Shown here: positions 9,660-19,154 of the stretch, piece after piece
Position numbering within the stretch: the stretch's first letter is position 1
Layout of the letters: every line of letters starts with the position of its first letter
Origin: Cenarchaeum sp.
Lineage (GTDB): Archaea; Thermoproteota; Nitrososphaeria; Nitrososphaerales; Nitrosopumilaceae
Direction: 5' to 3'
Assembly (NCBI GenBank): GCA_965212015.1
Contig: OZ243037.1
Span: 576,001-640,000 of the forward strand
DNA length: 64,000 nucleotides
The notes under the pieces: generated by a model
The model's database searches: none
Seen by the model: the letters and a program-made list of their open reading frames with translations, nothing else
Told to the model about the DNA's origin: nothing
Program-made: the position numbers and the translations under genes

Positions 9660-10452
9660 GAATTACCGTGCACCTGTCGTGTGAGATGGCAGACGTTATA
9701 GGATTTTCTTTTTGCCCGTTGGCAATCAGCGCCTCGCCTACGCCCATCTCGAGGGCCTCAATTGAGGCCAGGATCTTTTTTTCCATTCCGGGGCCTATCT
9801 GGGGGCGGATCTGCCTTGCCTCTGCCAGCGTGAGGCTCGGTACTGTCTTTTTGTCCACTAGCAGGCCGTCCACGTCGGTGACAAATATCACCCTGTCGGA
9901 TCCCAGCGCGCCTGCCACGTGCGCTGCCGTCCGGTCCCCGTCAATGTTGAGAAACTCGTACTGCTCGCCTGCGGCTATCGGCGATATCACCGGGGTTATC
10001 CCCGCGTCTAATAGCGACTGCACGAGTCCGGTGTCTACCGCAGATATCTTGCCTGTGTATCCCCCGTCGATTGCCTGCTTGCGGCCCCGCTCGTTTATTA
10101 TGAGGAGCCTTTTCTTGCGCACCGCCCGTATCGTCATGGCATCCATGCCGTTGAGCCCCACTGCGTTGATTCCGTTTTGCTGCAGCATCTGCACTATCGT
10201 ACTGCCTATTCTGCCGGACATTACCATTGTAAATATGTCCATGGTCTCCCTGTCGGTGTACCTGCTTTTGATCCTGCTCGGCGAGGTCACAAACTGCGGC
10301 GTCTTGCCGAGCTGCTCGCAGACCCGCGTCACCTCCTTGCCGCCGCCGTGGACCAGGACCAGCTTTTCTTTTTGCAGCACGGACTTTATGTCCGATATCG
10401 CAGACGGGTGCATGCTGTCAACTACGCTTCCGCCGATTTTTACCGTAATCAT
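9649..10452 (-). CDS. lysZ: [LysW]-aminoadipate/glutamate kinase
   Basis: VKIGGS, LVHGGG, NIDGD motifs. Confidence 0.9.
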   Translation of the reverse strand: MITVKIGGSVVDSMHPSAISDIKSVLQKEKLVLVHGGGKEVTRVCEQLGKTPQFVTSPSRIKSRYTDRETMDIFTMVMSGRIGSTIVQMLQQNGINAVGLNGMDAMTIRAVRKKRLLIINERGRKQAIDGGYTGKISAVDTGLVQSLLDAGITPVISPIAAGEQYEFLNIDGDRTAAHVAGALGSDRVIFVTDVDGLLVDKKTVPSLTLAEARQIRPQIGPGMEKKILASIEALEMGVGEALIANGQKENPITSAISHDRCTVIHDD

Positions 10453-10454
10453 GC

Positions 10455-11501
10455 CTATACCGGCGTCAGCGGCGTGTAGCGGAGGCCGCTCATCTCGTCG
10501 AATCCGGACATTACGTTCATGTTCTGTATGGCAGAGCCTGCGGCGCCCTTCATCAGGTTGTCAGATGCCGAAAGCGCAATCAGCCTGTTGTTGTCCTCGT
10601 CTATGTCAAATCCAATGTCGCAAAAGTTCGAGCCCACCAAAAACTTTGGATCCGGAAACTTGTAGGCGCCCTTTTTGTCCCGGATCAGCCTGACGAACTT
10701 TTCATCGCCGTACGCCTGGCGGTACATCTTCCAGAGCTCCCTTTCGTCTGTCTTTTTTATCATGAACGTGTGGTTGGTGCACAGGATTCCGCGGACGACG
10801 TCGACTGCGTGCGGGCTCATCGAGACGCGTATGCGGGATTTGGCAATCTCGCTGAGCTCCTGCTCTATCTCGCCGGTGTGCCGGTGCTTTGCAGGCTTGT
10901 ACGGCCGAATGACGCCTGCGCGCATTGCGTGCGACGTGCCGGCGCCGGAGCCTGCGCCAGACGAGCCTATCTTGGAGTCCACAATTATGTGGTCCGTGTC
11001 GACCATTTTATTGCGAATCAGCGGCGCCAGCGCAAGAATCGACGTCACTGCCATGCATCCCGGGCACGAGACGAGCTGCGCATTTTTTATCGCGTCTCGG
11101 TGCAGCTCTGGGACGCCAAAGGTGGATTTTGGCAGGTATTCGGGGTGGGGGTGGTTCCATCCGTACCACCTGTCATAGTCATCCGGGTCGTGAAGCCGAT
11201 AGTCGGCGCTGAGATCGACAATCTTGACGCCCCGGTCATACAGGGCCTTTACTATCTCGGTGGCAGTCCCGTGCGGCACTGCGGTAAATACGAGATCACA
11301 GCTGTCAGACAGCCGGTCATAGTTTAGCTCAGAGAACGTCATGTCGGTAAAGCCCTTGAGGCTTGGCTGCACCCTGTGCAGGTATTCGCCTGCGTGCTTG
11401 CGCGACGTGACGGCGGCAATCTCGACTTTGGGGTGGTTTATCAAAAGGCGCAGCGTCTCGCCCCCCACGTATCCGGACGCCCCGACTATTCCCACCTTCA
11501 T
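10455..11501 (-). CDS. lysY: [LysW]-phosphate reductase (ArgC/LysY)
   Basis: GASGYVGGE, DLSADYRL, PGC, DNLMKGAAG. Confidence 0.9.
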   Translation of the reverse strand: MKVGIVGASGYVGGETLRLLINHPKVEIAAVTSRKHAGEYLHRVQPSLKGFTDMTFSELNYDRLSDSCDLVFTAVPHGTATEIVKALYDRGVKIVDLSADYRLHDPDDYDRWYGWNHPHPEYLPKSTFGVPELHRDAIKNAQLVSCPGCMAVTSILALAPLIRNKMVDTDHIIVDSKIGSSGAGSGAGTSHAMRAGVIRPYKPAKHRHTGEIEQELSEIAKSRIRVSMSPHAVDVVRGILCTNHTFMIKKTDERELWKMYRQAYGDEKFVRLIRDKKGAYKFPDPKFLVGSNFCDIGFDIDEDNNRLIALSASDNLMKGAAGSAIQNMNVMSGFDEMSGLRYTPLTPV

Positions 11502-11529
11502 GCCGAACTAGCAACAAGCAGGGTATAAT

Positions 11530-12390
11530 TTATTTCCTAACGTGTCGCGCGACGAACTCGACTATCTCCTTTGGAATGTTGGCCCCGGCTACGCCGGCCA
11601 AACCCCTGAACTCTACGGTATTGTTTACCTCGTGGACCAGCAGGCCGTCTTTTTGGTCCTCCATCATGTCTATTCCCAGTATCCCCCCGCCTACTGCGTC
11701 GGAGGATGCGGCGGCAAGCTCCTCAATCTCCGGCGTGATCTCGCAGAGCTCAGGCGTGGCCCCGAGTGCGATGTTTGTCTTAAAGGCGCCGTCCTTCGAA
11801 TACCTGTACATTGCGGCTATCGCCCTGCCGCCTATCGCAATTACGCGTATGTCGCGCGACTGGCGCCGGACTAGCTCCTGAAGATAGTATATCCTGTCGT
11901 ATGACGTGTCAGATATCTCGCGGGTCTCTATAATCGCATCCATCGTGTCGCGATCCCTTACCGGCATTACGCCGCGGCCCCAGCTTCCGATTACCGGCTT
12001 TATGACCAGCGGGTATCCGGCGGATTCTATCTGCTGTATGGCAGAGTCCTTTGAGAATGCAAAGTACGTCCTCGGCGTGGGCACGTTGTGTTTTTTTAGC
12101 ATCATCGTCATGAGCATCTTGTTGCCGCATCCCTGCGCCACTGCAAACGTGTTGCACACGGCAACGTCCAGAAACTCCAGCGCAGCCGCCAGGTGCAGGC
12201 CCCGGAAATAGCTGATGCACCTGCCCATCACCACGTCGCCAAGATCATAGTCCCCCCTGGCGCTCTCGGTGTCAAGCCGCACGGACTTTGCATCAAGCAT
12301 GGATACGGCGTATCCCAGGCCGGCGGCCTCCTTTTGAAGCATCTTTTCTTCCAGTCTCAGGCGGTCAAAGGCGATGCAGATCTTTGGCAT
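11530..12390 (-). CDS. lysX: LysX/ArgX ATP-grasp LysW ligase (copy 1)
   Basis: KPVIGSWGR, RDIR, HEVNNTVEF; adjacent to lysW and argG (could be the ArgX-type paralog). Confidence 0.85.
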   Translation of the reverse strand: MPKICIAFDRLRLEEKMLQKEAAGLGYAVSMLDAKSVRLDTESARGDYDLGDVVMGRCISYFRGLHLAAALEFLDVAVCNTFAVAQGCGNKMLMTMMLKKHNVPTPRTYFAFSKDSAIQQIESAGYPLVIKPVIGSWGRGVMPVRDRDTMDAIIETREISDTSYDRIYYLQELVRRQSRDIRVIAIGGRAIAAMYRYSKDGAFKTNIALGATPELCEITPEIEELAAASSDAVGGGILGIDMMEDQKDGLLVHEVNNTVEFRGLAGVAGANIPKEIVEFVARHVRK

Positions 12391-12557
12391 TACTCCCCCC
12401 AGTCTTCGCCGACAGCTTCTGCTTGCTTTAGCGCTATGTCAGATCCCTGCTTGCTTGAAATCTCATAGTCGGCCCCACAATCAGGACAGGAGACAATCTC
12501 CCCCACTGCGGCATCGTCTGGAAGGTTTAGACGCGCGTCACATTCCGGGCAGTTCAT
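12390..12557 (-). CDS. lysW: amino-group carrier protein LysW (copy 1)
   Basis: Manual translation MNCPECDARL...CPDCGADYE...EDWGE*; missed by ORF track. Confidence 0.92.
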   Translation of the reverse strand: MNCPECDARLNLPDDAAVGEIVSCPDCGADYEISSKQGSDIALKQAEAVGEDWGE

Positions 12558-13750
12558 GTTTTTTTTGAAATTTTCTCTTGTAATTTATTAGCTTCTGTTG
12601 ATTGCATACCCCACAGCGCGACAAAGCCCCTGGCAAGCCTCTGATCAAAAGCCGAGCCGGCGCCGTACGTCGCAGCATTCCGGCTGTACAAAGAGTGCTC
12701 GGATTTGCGCCCCACGACCCTCATTGAGCCCTGGAACATCCTGAGCCGGACGGTTCCGCTCACGCACTCTTGGCTCCTGTTGATAAAGGCCTCCAGATCC
12801 CGCCTCAGCGGATCGTCCCACAGCCCGGAATATACAAGCCACGCCCACTGCTCGTCTATTGCCGACTTTGATCGCAGCTGGTGCGTGGTGTGCACCATCT
12901 TTTCAAGATCGGCGTGCGCCTCTATCATGCATACTGCGCCGGGCGTCTCGTATACCTCGCGCGACTTTATCCCGACTATCCTGTCCTCTATGTGATCTAT
13001 AATCCCGACTCCGGCGGCGCCGGCCTTTTTGTTTGCATACTCGATTATCTGTACGGGGCCCAGCGCCCTTCCGTCTATGGCCACCGGGACGCCGCGCCGG
13101 AACCTCACCTCCATGTACGAGGGCCTCTTTGGCAGGTTTTTTGTCCCGACCCAGATAAAGGCCTCTGCCGGCGGCTCGCAGTACGGATCCTCCAGTACGC
13201 CGCCCTCTATTGCGCGCCCCCAGAGGTTTTGATCAATGCTGAACTTTTTTGCGACGCCGTCGATTTCTATTCCGTGCCGGGCCGCAAACTCTAGCTCGGC
13301 CTCCCGGTCCAGGTTCATGTCCCGGATTGGCGCAATTATCTCCAGCTCAGAGTGCGCGTGCATTGCGACATCAAAGCGCACCTGGTCGTTTCCCTTGCCG
13401 GAGCAGCCGTGCGCCAGCGCGTCGGCATTCTCCTTTTTTGCAACGTCCAAAAACTTGGAGGCAATCAGCGGCCTTGCAAGCGCGGTGGCCAGGCAGTATT
13501 TTTTCTGGTACAGCGCGTTGGCCCTTATTGCCGAAAAGACGTAATCCCGGGCGAACTCTTTTGTGGCGTCAATGTGATAGTGTTTTTTTGCCCCGAGCTT
13601 TTTGGACTTTGCGGCCACCGTCCTGTGGTCGCCGCCCTGTCCCACATCCACTGTAACTGTAACTACGTCCATGCCCCCCTCTTGCAGGTATTTTACTGCG
13701 ACGGACGTATCAAGGCCGCCGCTGAAGGCAAGGATGGCTTTGCGAGTCAT
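12554..13750 (-). CDS. argG: argininosuccinate synthase
   Basis: LAFSGGLDTS, HGCSGKGNDQVRF, GIKSREVYETP. Confidence 0.95.
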   Translation of the reverse strand: MTRKAILAFSGGLDTSVAVKYLQEGGMDVVTVTVDVGQGGDHRTVAAKSKKLGAKKHYHIDATKEFARDYVFSAIRANALYQKKYCLATALARPLIASKFLDVAKKENADALAHGCSGKGNDQVRFDVAMHAHSELEIIAPIRDMNLDREAELEFAARHGIEIDGVAKKFSIDQNLWGRAIEGGVLEDPYCEPPAEAFIWVGTKNLPKRPSYMEVRFRRGVPVAIDGRALGPVQIIEYANKKAGAAGVGIIDHIEDRIVGIKSREVYETPGAVCMIEAHADLEKMVHTTHQLRSKSAIDEQWAWLVYSGLWDDPLRRDLEAFINRSQECVSGTVRLRMFQGSMRVVGRKSEHSLYSRNAATYGAGSAFDQRLARGFVALWGMQSTEANKLQEKISKKT

Positions 13751-13867
13751 TGCGCATCTGATGGGCGCACTTTGGGATTTATCTTTTGTGATAAATTCGC
13801 GCCGTCATACAAGCTAGCTTTAGCTAAAATCCGATCATTATTTAACGGCCCGTTATAACGCTGTTTT

Positions 13868-14869
13868 ATGAAAATACTGTATGGTGCAGGCGCAGGCGCA
13901 GCAATGGTCGGGGCGGCGCTGCTTTTTGCAGGCGGGGGCGAGGATTACGACAGGATCAGAGTCGCGTTTTTTCCAAACATAGGGCACGCCGTGCCCGTGA
14001 TAGGCATCGAGCGGGGAATATTTGCAGACAGTATGGGCGAAACTGCAATCGAGACGAGGCTTTTTGACAGCGGGCCGCAGGCAGTCGAATCGCTGTTTGC
14101 CGGAGCCATAGACGTGGCGTACGTGGGCCCCGGATCTGCGCTCAGCGGGTTTTTGAACTCGGAGAGCGGGATTGTCATACTGGCAGGCGCCGCAAGCGGG
14201 GGCTCTAGCTTTGTGGTGCATCCGGATTCGGCGATATCTGCGGCGTCTGATCTGGCAGGCAAGGCAGTTGCGGCACCGCAGATTGCAAACACGCAGGACG
14301 TCTCGCTGCGCAGCTATATGGCGCAAAACGGGCTGGATGCGGCAGGGCGCGGCGGCTCTACAATAGTAATCAATGTGGCAAACCCCGAGATTCACACGCT
14401 GTTTGCAAAGGGCGACATTGACGCGGCGTGGGTGCCAGAGCCGTGGGCCACCATACTGGTAAATGATCTCGGCGGCAGCCGCCTGTTTTACGAGGAATCG
14501 CTGTGGCCGGAGGGGCGGTTTGCATCCGTGCTGCTAGTGGCGCGGGCAGACTATGCCAGGGAGAATCCGGGAACGATACAAAGGTGGCTGGAGGCCCACG
14601 ACGGGACGGTGTCGTGGATTAACGAAAACCCCGGCGAGGCACAGGACGTTTTTAGCGGCTATCTCAAAAAAGAGCTGCGGGTGTCGTTTGGCGAGGGAAT
14701 AATCGGCGAGGCCTTTGAGAACATTGAGATAACGTCGGATCCCGTCAGGGATTCTGTTGCAGTGTTTGCGCAGCGCTCAGATGAGCTCGGGTATCTTGGC
14801 AGGGACGGATACAGCCTGGAGGGGATTTATTACGACATAGTACTGGGGGAGCAAGATGGCCAAGCTTGA
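13868..14869 (+). CDS. ABC transporter substrate-binding protein (sulfonate/nitrate type)
   Basis: FFPNIGHA, NTQDVSLR, PEPWA; N-terminal hydrophobic anchor. Confidence 0.85.
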   Translation: MKILYGAGAGAAMVGAALLFAGGGEDYDRIRVAFFPNIGHAVPVIGIERGIFADSMGETAIETRLFDSGPQAVESLFAGAIDVAYVGPGSALSGFLNSESGIVILAGAASGGSSFVVHPDSAISAASDLAGKAVAAPQIANTQDVSLRSYMAQNGLDAAGRGGSTIVINVANPEIHTLFAKGDIDAAWVPEPWATILVNDLGGSRLFYEESLWPEGRFASVLLVARADYARENPGTIQRWLEAHDGTVSWINENPGEAQDVFSGYLKKELRVSFGEGIIGEAFENIEITSDPVRDSVAVFAQRSDELGYLGRDGYSLEGIYYDIVLGEQDGQA

Positions 14870-15626
14870 GGCAAGAAACATTGTAAGGTACTTTCAGCAC
14901 GAAAAGCACCGGCTAAAGGCGCTAGGCGGCATAAACCTCCGCGTGAATGACGGGGACTTTGTGTGCATTGTGGGGCCGTCCGGATGCGGCAAGTCGACCT
15001 TTCTGAGGATAGTGGCAGGACTCGACACGCCGGACGAGGGCGAGGTTTTATTTGACGGCAAGCAGGTAAGCACGACTGGCCCCGAGAGGATAATGGTGTT
15101 CCAGGAGGGGGCGCTGTTTCCGTGGCTCAGGGTGATTGACAATGTGGAGTTTGGGCTAAAGATGGCCGGAATTCCAAAAGACGAGCGCGCGCTGATATCC
15201 AACAGGTACCTTGACATGATGCAGCTGACAAAGTTTGCAGACTCGTTTACGTACCAGCTGTCTACTGGGATGAAGCAGCGAGTAGCAATCGCGCGCGCCC
15301 TAGTAATGGATCCCGACGTGCTGCTCATGGACGAGCCGTTTGCCTCACTTGACGAGCAGACAAGGAATTTGCTTTTAATAGAGATGCAGCTCATATGGAA
15401 AAAGACCAAAAAGACGATACTGTTCGTCACGCACAACGTCGCAGAGGCAGTCATGCTGGGCTCAAAGGTGGCAGTGTTTAGCAACAGGCCGTCGAGCGTG
15501 AAAAAAGAGTTTGCGATAGACTTTCCAAGGCCGCGCCACGGTGACGGCGAGGAGTTCCACCGCGTGCAGCAGCAGATACACTCAGAGCTGCGCCCCGAGG
15601 TGAGAAAGTCGAGGGACGAGGCATGA
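14856..15626 (+). CDS. ABC transporter ATP-binding protein
   Basis: GPSGCGKST, LSTGMKQR, LLMDEPF. Confidence 0.92.
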   Translation: MAKLEARNIVRYFQHEKHRLKALGGINLRVNDGDFVCIVGPSGCGKSTFLRIVAGLDTPDEGEVLFDGKQVSTTGPERIMVFQEGALFPWLRVIDNVEFGLKMAGIPKDERALISNRYLDMMQLTKFADSFTYQLSTGMKQRVAIARALVMDPDVLLMDEPFASLDEQTRNLLLIEMQLIWKKTKKTILFVTHNVAEAVMLGSKVAVFSNRPSSVKKEFAIDFPRPRHGDGEEFHRVQQQIHSELRPEVRKSRDEA

Positions 15627-16375
15627 GGGGCCAGACAAAAAGAATCGTCTTTTATGTGGCACTCGTCGCGGTGTGGCAGGGGGTGGCAGACGCCGACATT
15701 TGGCCAGGCGAGATACTCCCGTCGCCCTACGAGGTGATGGAGGATTTGGCGTATGGCGCGGCTGATGGCAGCCTGTTTTACGGGATTGCAACCAGCATGT
15801 GGAGGCTGCTAGTCGGGCTTGGGATTGCAATCGCAGGCGGGATTACGCTCGGGATATTCATGGCCAGGGTGGCGACTGTAAACCAGACCATAGGCTCGCT
15901 TGTTCTGGGACTGCAGTCGGTTCCGTCCGTGGCGTGGGTGCCAATCGCCCTGATCTGGTTTGGCCCGTTTGACGGCGGGATAATCTTTGTCACTGCGATA
16001 GGCGCAGTATTTGCAGTTACAATCAACACGTATACGGGCGTCAGAAACATTGATCCGCACTATATAGAGGCCGCCCGCAACATGGGGGCGCGCGGAGGCC
16101 AGCTAGTTACGGCGGTACTGATTCCGGCGGCGTTTCCCTATATGATATCGGGATTCAAGCAGGGGTGGGCCTTTGCGTGGCGCGGCGTGATTGGCGCAGA
16201 GATTCTGTTCTCGTACCTGGGCCTGGGATATTTGCTCAACATTGGGCGGTTTACAAACGACGTATCGCAGGTGATCGCCACAATGCTGGTGATAATGGGG
16301 ATCGGGATTTTGGTGGACGGAATAGTGTTCAGGCGCCTCGAGGACAGGGTAATGTCCAGATGGGGACTGGGATAA
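15623..16375 (+). CDS. ABC transporter permease (SsuC/TauC type)
   Basis: Hydrophobic segments, EAARNMGA loop. Confidence 0.9.
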   Translation: MRGQTKRIVFYVALVAVWQGVADADIWPGEILPSPYEVMEDLAYGAADGSLFYGIATSMWRLLVGLGIAIAGGITLGIFMARVATVNQTIGSLVLGLQSVPSVAWVPIALIWFGPFDGGIIFVTAIGAVFAVTINTYTGVRNIDPHYIEAARNMGARGGQLVTAVLIPAAFPYMISGFKQGWAFAWRGVIGAEILFSYLGLGYLLNIGRFTNDVSQVIATMLVIMGIGILVDGIVFRRLEDRVMSRWGLG

Positions 16376-16400
16376 TCCAGATAGTGTTAAATCCGGCAGG

Positions 16401-17612
16401 ATGGCAGTACGGGTTAAAATGCCAGAGTCAGAAGAGTTCGCCGAGGCGCTGATGGATCAGCTCGCAGTGGAGACAGGCGAGGAAAAAGAGATTGCCGGAC
16501 TCGACGACCGTATACGGGAGGATGCCGGCTTTGATGCTAGCTTTGAGGGCCTCGAGGAGGCATCACGCAGGATACTGCCCGCAATGAGGGAAAAGCTGGA
16601 AGAGTTTTCCGGGCTTGCCATACCCGACGGAGTCGGCCTGGAGCTAGCCTGCCTGAAAGAGTTCAAAAAGCTAAAGGGCAGAAAGGTCTTTGCGACTGAG
16701 GACTCGCGCGGCTTTGTGGATGAGCTGTTCCTGGCAGTGGCAGAGCAGGACAAAGAAGGAATAGTCTCACTTATCGGGCGCGATGCGGCAAGGTACCTCG
16801 TATATTCCACGTACGCCATACAGTACATCTCAAAGATATCCACCACGTACGGCGACTATCTTGATGGTACGATATACCTAAACGAGTTCATACTGAGAAA
16901 CTATCCGAGGATAATCCTGTACAAGCAGGGCCCGCCGTATGCGGCAAGGTTTGATTCGGTGAATTCCGGGTACATCGGCGCGCTAAAGATGACCGTACTG
17001 GAGGAGCTCATCCACTCCGGACAGGAAAAGATTCACGCGGCAAACAAGAGGGCGGCAATGCAGGTAAATGCGATAAACGAGGAGCTGGCAGGAATAATAC
17101 TCGGGCTGGATGAGGCCACAGTGGAGCCACTCTACAAATACATGCAGCTTCAGACCGTGCCGGATGACTTTCCCATAGCAAAGAGGGCAAACCTGTTCTT
17201 TATGCTGAATCCGGACAACTTTATCGTCAACGTGCTCGGCCCGGAGGTCATGACGTACACAAAGATAGAGATCGACCCAAAGATATCGGCAATGCTCCCG
17301 CAGCTGATGGACGTGTACACGAGGTGGCTCGGGCCGATTCAGGCGCACCATGCGGCATTTACCGTAATGGAGGGGATGGCAGAGTTTATGGTAGAGGGCA
17401 TACTGGATAATGACGCCGACTTTGCCGGGTATCTTGGAACGTTTATGGGGACTGACATGTCCGCATACAGGGTAAAAAAGAGCATCGGAAAGGACTTTAC
17501 AGGGGCCGTATACGAGAGGCATTCAAGGGACACGTTTGAGATGCTAATTGAGAATCCGCCCACCACCAGGGAGCTCAAGGATCCAGCAAAGTACATGGAC
17601 AGGGTCCGGTGA
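16401..17612 (+). CDS. conserved hypothetical protein, zincin-like
   Basis: 403-aa ORF; LEELIHSGQ and MEGMAEF motifs. Confidence 0.7.
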   Translation: MAVRVKMPESEEFAEALMDQLAVETGEEKEIAGLDDRIREDAGFDASFEGLEEASRRILPAMREKLEEFSGLAIPDGVGLELACLKEFKKLKGRKVFATEDSRGFVDELFLAVAEQDKEGIVSLIGRDAARYLVYSTYAIQYISKISTTYGDYLDGTIYLNEFILRNYPRIILYKQGPPYAARFDSVNSGYIGALKMTVLEELIHSGQEKIHAANKRAAMQVNAINEELAGIILGLDEATVEPLYKYMQLQTVPDDFPIAKRANLFFMLNPDNFIVNVLGPEVMTYTKIEIDPKISAMLPQLMDVYTRWLGPIQAHHAAFTVMEGMAEFMVEGILDNDADFAGYLGTFMGTDMSAYRVKKSIGKDFTGAVYERHSRDTFEMLIENPPTTRELKDPAKYMDRVR

Positions 17613-17615
17613 CAT

Positions 17616-17951
17616 GTGCGGGGGGTTATTAATCTGAGCATACAGGTTTTGCAGTACGAGTTTCTGGGGCCAGTCCCGCTCTCCGAGTGGGGCCCGCCGA
17701 TGGAAAAAACCGTCTATCTTGTAATGGCCAAAAAAAAGGACACATTCAGCATCGTATATGCGGGCGACTGCAAAAAGACGCAAAATCCGGATTTTTTCAC
17801 CAAAAACGAGCGCTTCAAGTGCTGGCTGGAGTGCGGTATGGAGTCAAGCCTGTACGTGGCAATCTATCCGATGTTTGAGCGGGACGATTCTGAGCGAGAC
17901 AGGCTGGTCGAAAAAATAATATCAAGATACAGGCCCGCATGCAACCAATAA
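17616..17951 (+). CDS. hypothetical protein (GIY-YIG-like)
   Basis: VYLVM...IVYAG...Y.P.CN pattern; start uncertain (possibly CTG at 17634). Confidence 0.6.
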   Translation: MRGVINLSIQVLQYEFLGPVPLSEWGPPMEKTVYLVMAKKKDTFSIVYAGDCKKTQNPDFFTKNERFKCWLECGMESSLYVAIYPMFERDDSERDRLVEKIISRYRPACNQ

Positions 17952-17976
17952 TATGCGCGTGGCCCCAGAATCGGCC

Positions 17977-18084
17977 ATGGACTGTCCGTGCTGCGGCTGT
18001 GCAATGAGGGAGCAAAAAAAGCTGTCAAGATCCGTCCTCATGAAGTGTCCAGAGTGCGGGCTCAGCGACACGCGCATGCAGTAG
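17977..18084 (+). CDS. small CPxCG zinc-finger protein (35 aa)
   Basis: Manual translation MDCPCCGCAMREQKKLSRSVLMKCPECGLSDTRMQ*. Confidence 0.55.
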   Translation: MDCPCCGCAMREQKKLSRSVLMKCPECGLSDTRMQ

Positions 18085-18140
18085 CATGGTTTTCAGGGCA
18101 AACATAATTAATGACAAAAAACACAGCAGGGTGGATCGAA

Positions 18141-18308
18141 ATGATGAAATGCAAGGAATGTGACGCAGACATTGCCGTTCCCGGCGACGCGCTAGAGGGC
18201 GAGATTGTGACGTGTCCCGAGTGCGGCGCAAGCTTTGAGATTGTAAAGGCCGACGGGGTTTTTGATCTGAAACCCGCCCAGACAGTCGGCGAGGATTGGG
18301 GGCAGTGA
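18141..18308 (+). CDS. lysW: LysW-family carrier protein (copy 2, ends EDWGQ)
   Basis: CKECDA...CPECGA...GEDWGQ*; stop overlaps lysX GTG. Confidence 0.88.
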   Translation: MMKCKECDADIAVPGDALEGEIVTCPECGASFEIVKADGVFDLKPAQTVGEDWGQ

Positions 18309-19153
18309 CCCCCGAGGTTACTGTCCTGTATGACACCATCCGCTGGGAAGAAAAAGCACTGCTCGAGGCTGGCAGGAAAAAGGGCGTCAATATACAAATG
18401 ACGGACTGCAAAAAGCTGCACCTCGATTTGGACGGGGATGCGGACAATTACGGGACAATCCTGCAAAGGTGCGTGAGCTATTACCGCAACATACACTCCA
18501 CTGCGGCACTTGAGGGGATGGGTGCCGACGTGATCAATTCTCTGGAGACTGGGATACTGGCAGGAAACAAGCTGTACACCCACATGCTGCTAAAAAAGCA
18601 AGACGTGCCGACCCCGTATGCAAGCGTTGCATTCTCAAAGGATGCGGCACTAGAGTCGCTCAAAAAGGACGGGTATCCCAGGATAATAAAGCCGACTGTG
18701 GGAAGCTGGGGAAGGATGATCTCAAAGCTGAATGATGTCGACTCGGCGGAGGGGATTATAGAGTGCAGGGAGGCAATGTATCCGATTTACCAGGTTCACT
18801 ATCTAGAAGAGTTTGTCGACAGGCCGCCGCGCGACATTAGGGCGATAATGGTGGGGGACTGCGTGGTTGCTGCCATATACCGGTATTCGGCAGGCGGCAC
18901 CTGGAAGACAAACATGGCGCTAGGCGGCAGGGCAGAAAAATGCGAGGTCACAGGGGAGCTAGAGGAGATTTGCATAAGGGCCAAAAGGGCGGTAAAGGGA
19001 CAGATAGTGGGAGTCGACCTGATGGAGAGCAAGGAGAGGGGTTTTGTGGTACACGAGGTAAACAATACGACGGAATACAAGAATACGGTAAGGACGTGCG
19101 AGGTGGACATTCCGTCGCTGATGATAGACTTTGCGCGGGAATACGGAGAGTAA
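18305..19153 (+). CDS. lysX: LysX/ArgX ATP-grasp LysW ligase (copy 2)
   Basis: IRWEEK, KPTVGSWGR, RDIR, HEVNNTTEY. Confidence 0.88.
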   Translation: MTPEVTVLYDTIRWEEKALLEAGRKKGVNIQMTDCKKLHLDLDGDADNYGTILQRCVSYYRNIHSTAALEGMGADVINSLETGILAGNKLYTHMLLKKQDVPTPYASVAFSKDAALESLKKDGYPRIIKPTVGSWGRMISKLNDVDSAEGIIECREAMYPIYQVHYLEEFVDRPPRDIRAIMVGDCVVAAIYRYSAGGTWKTNMALGGRAEKCEVTGELEEICIRAKRAVKGQIVGVDLMESKERGFVVHEVNNTTEYKNTVRTCEVDIPSLMIDFAREYGE

Positions 19154-19154
19154 A

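Noticed and set aside
12554-13750. argH missing next to argG
   Set aside because: argH can lie elsewhere in the genome; absence from one window is uninformative
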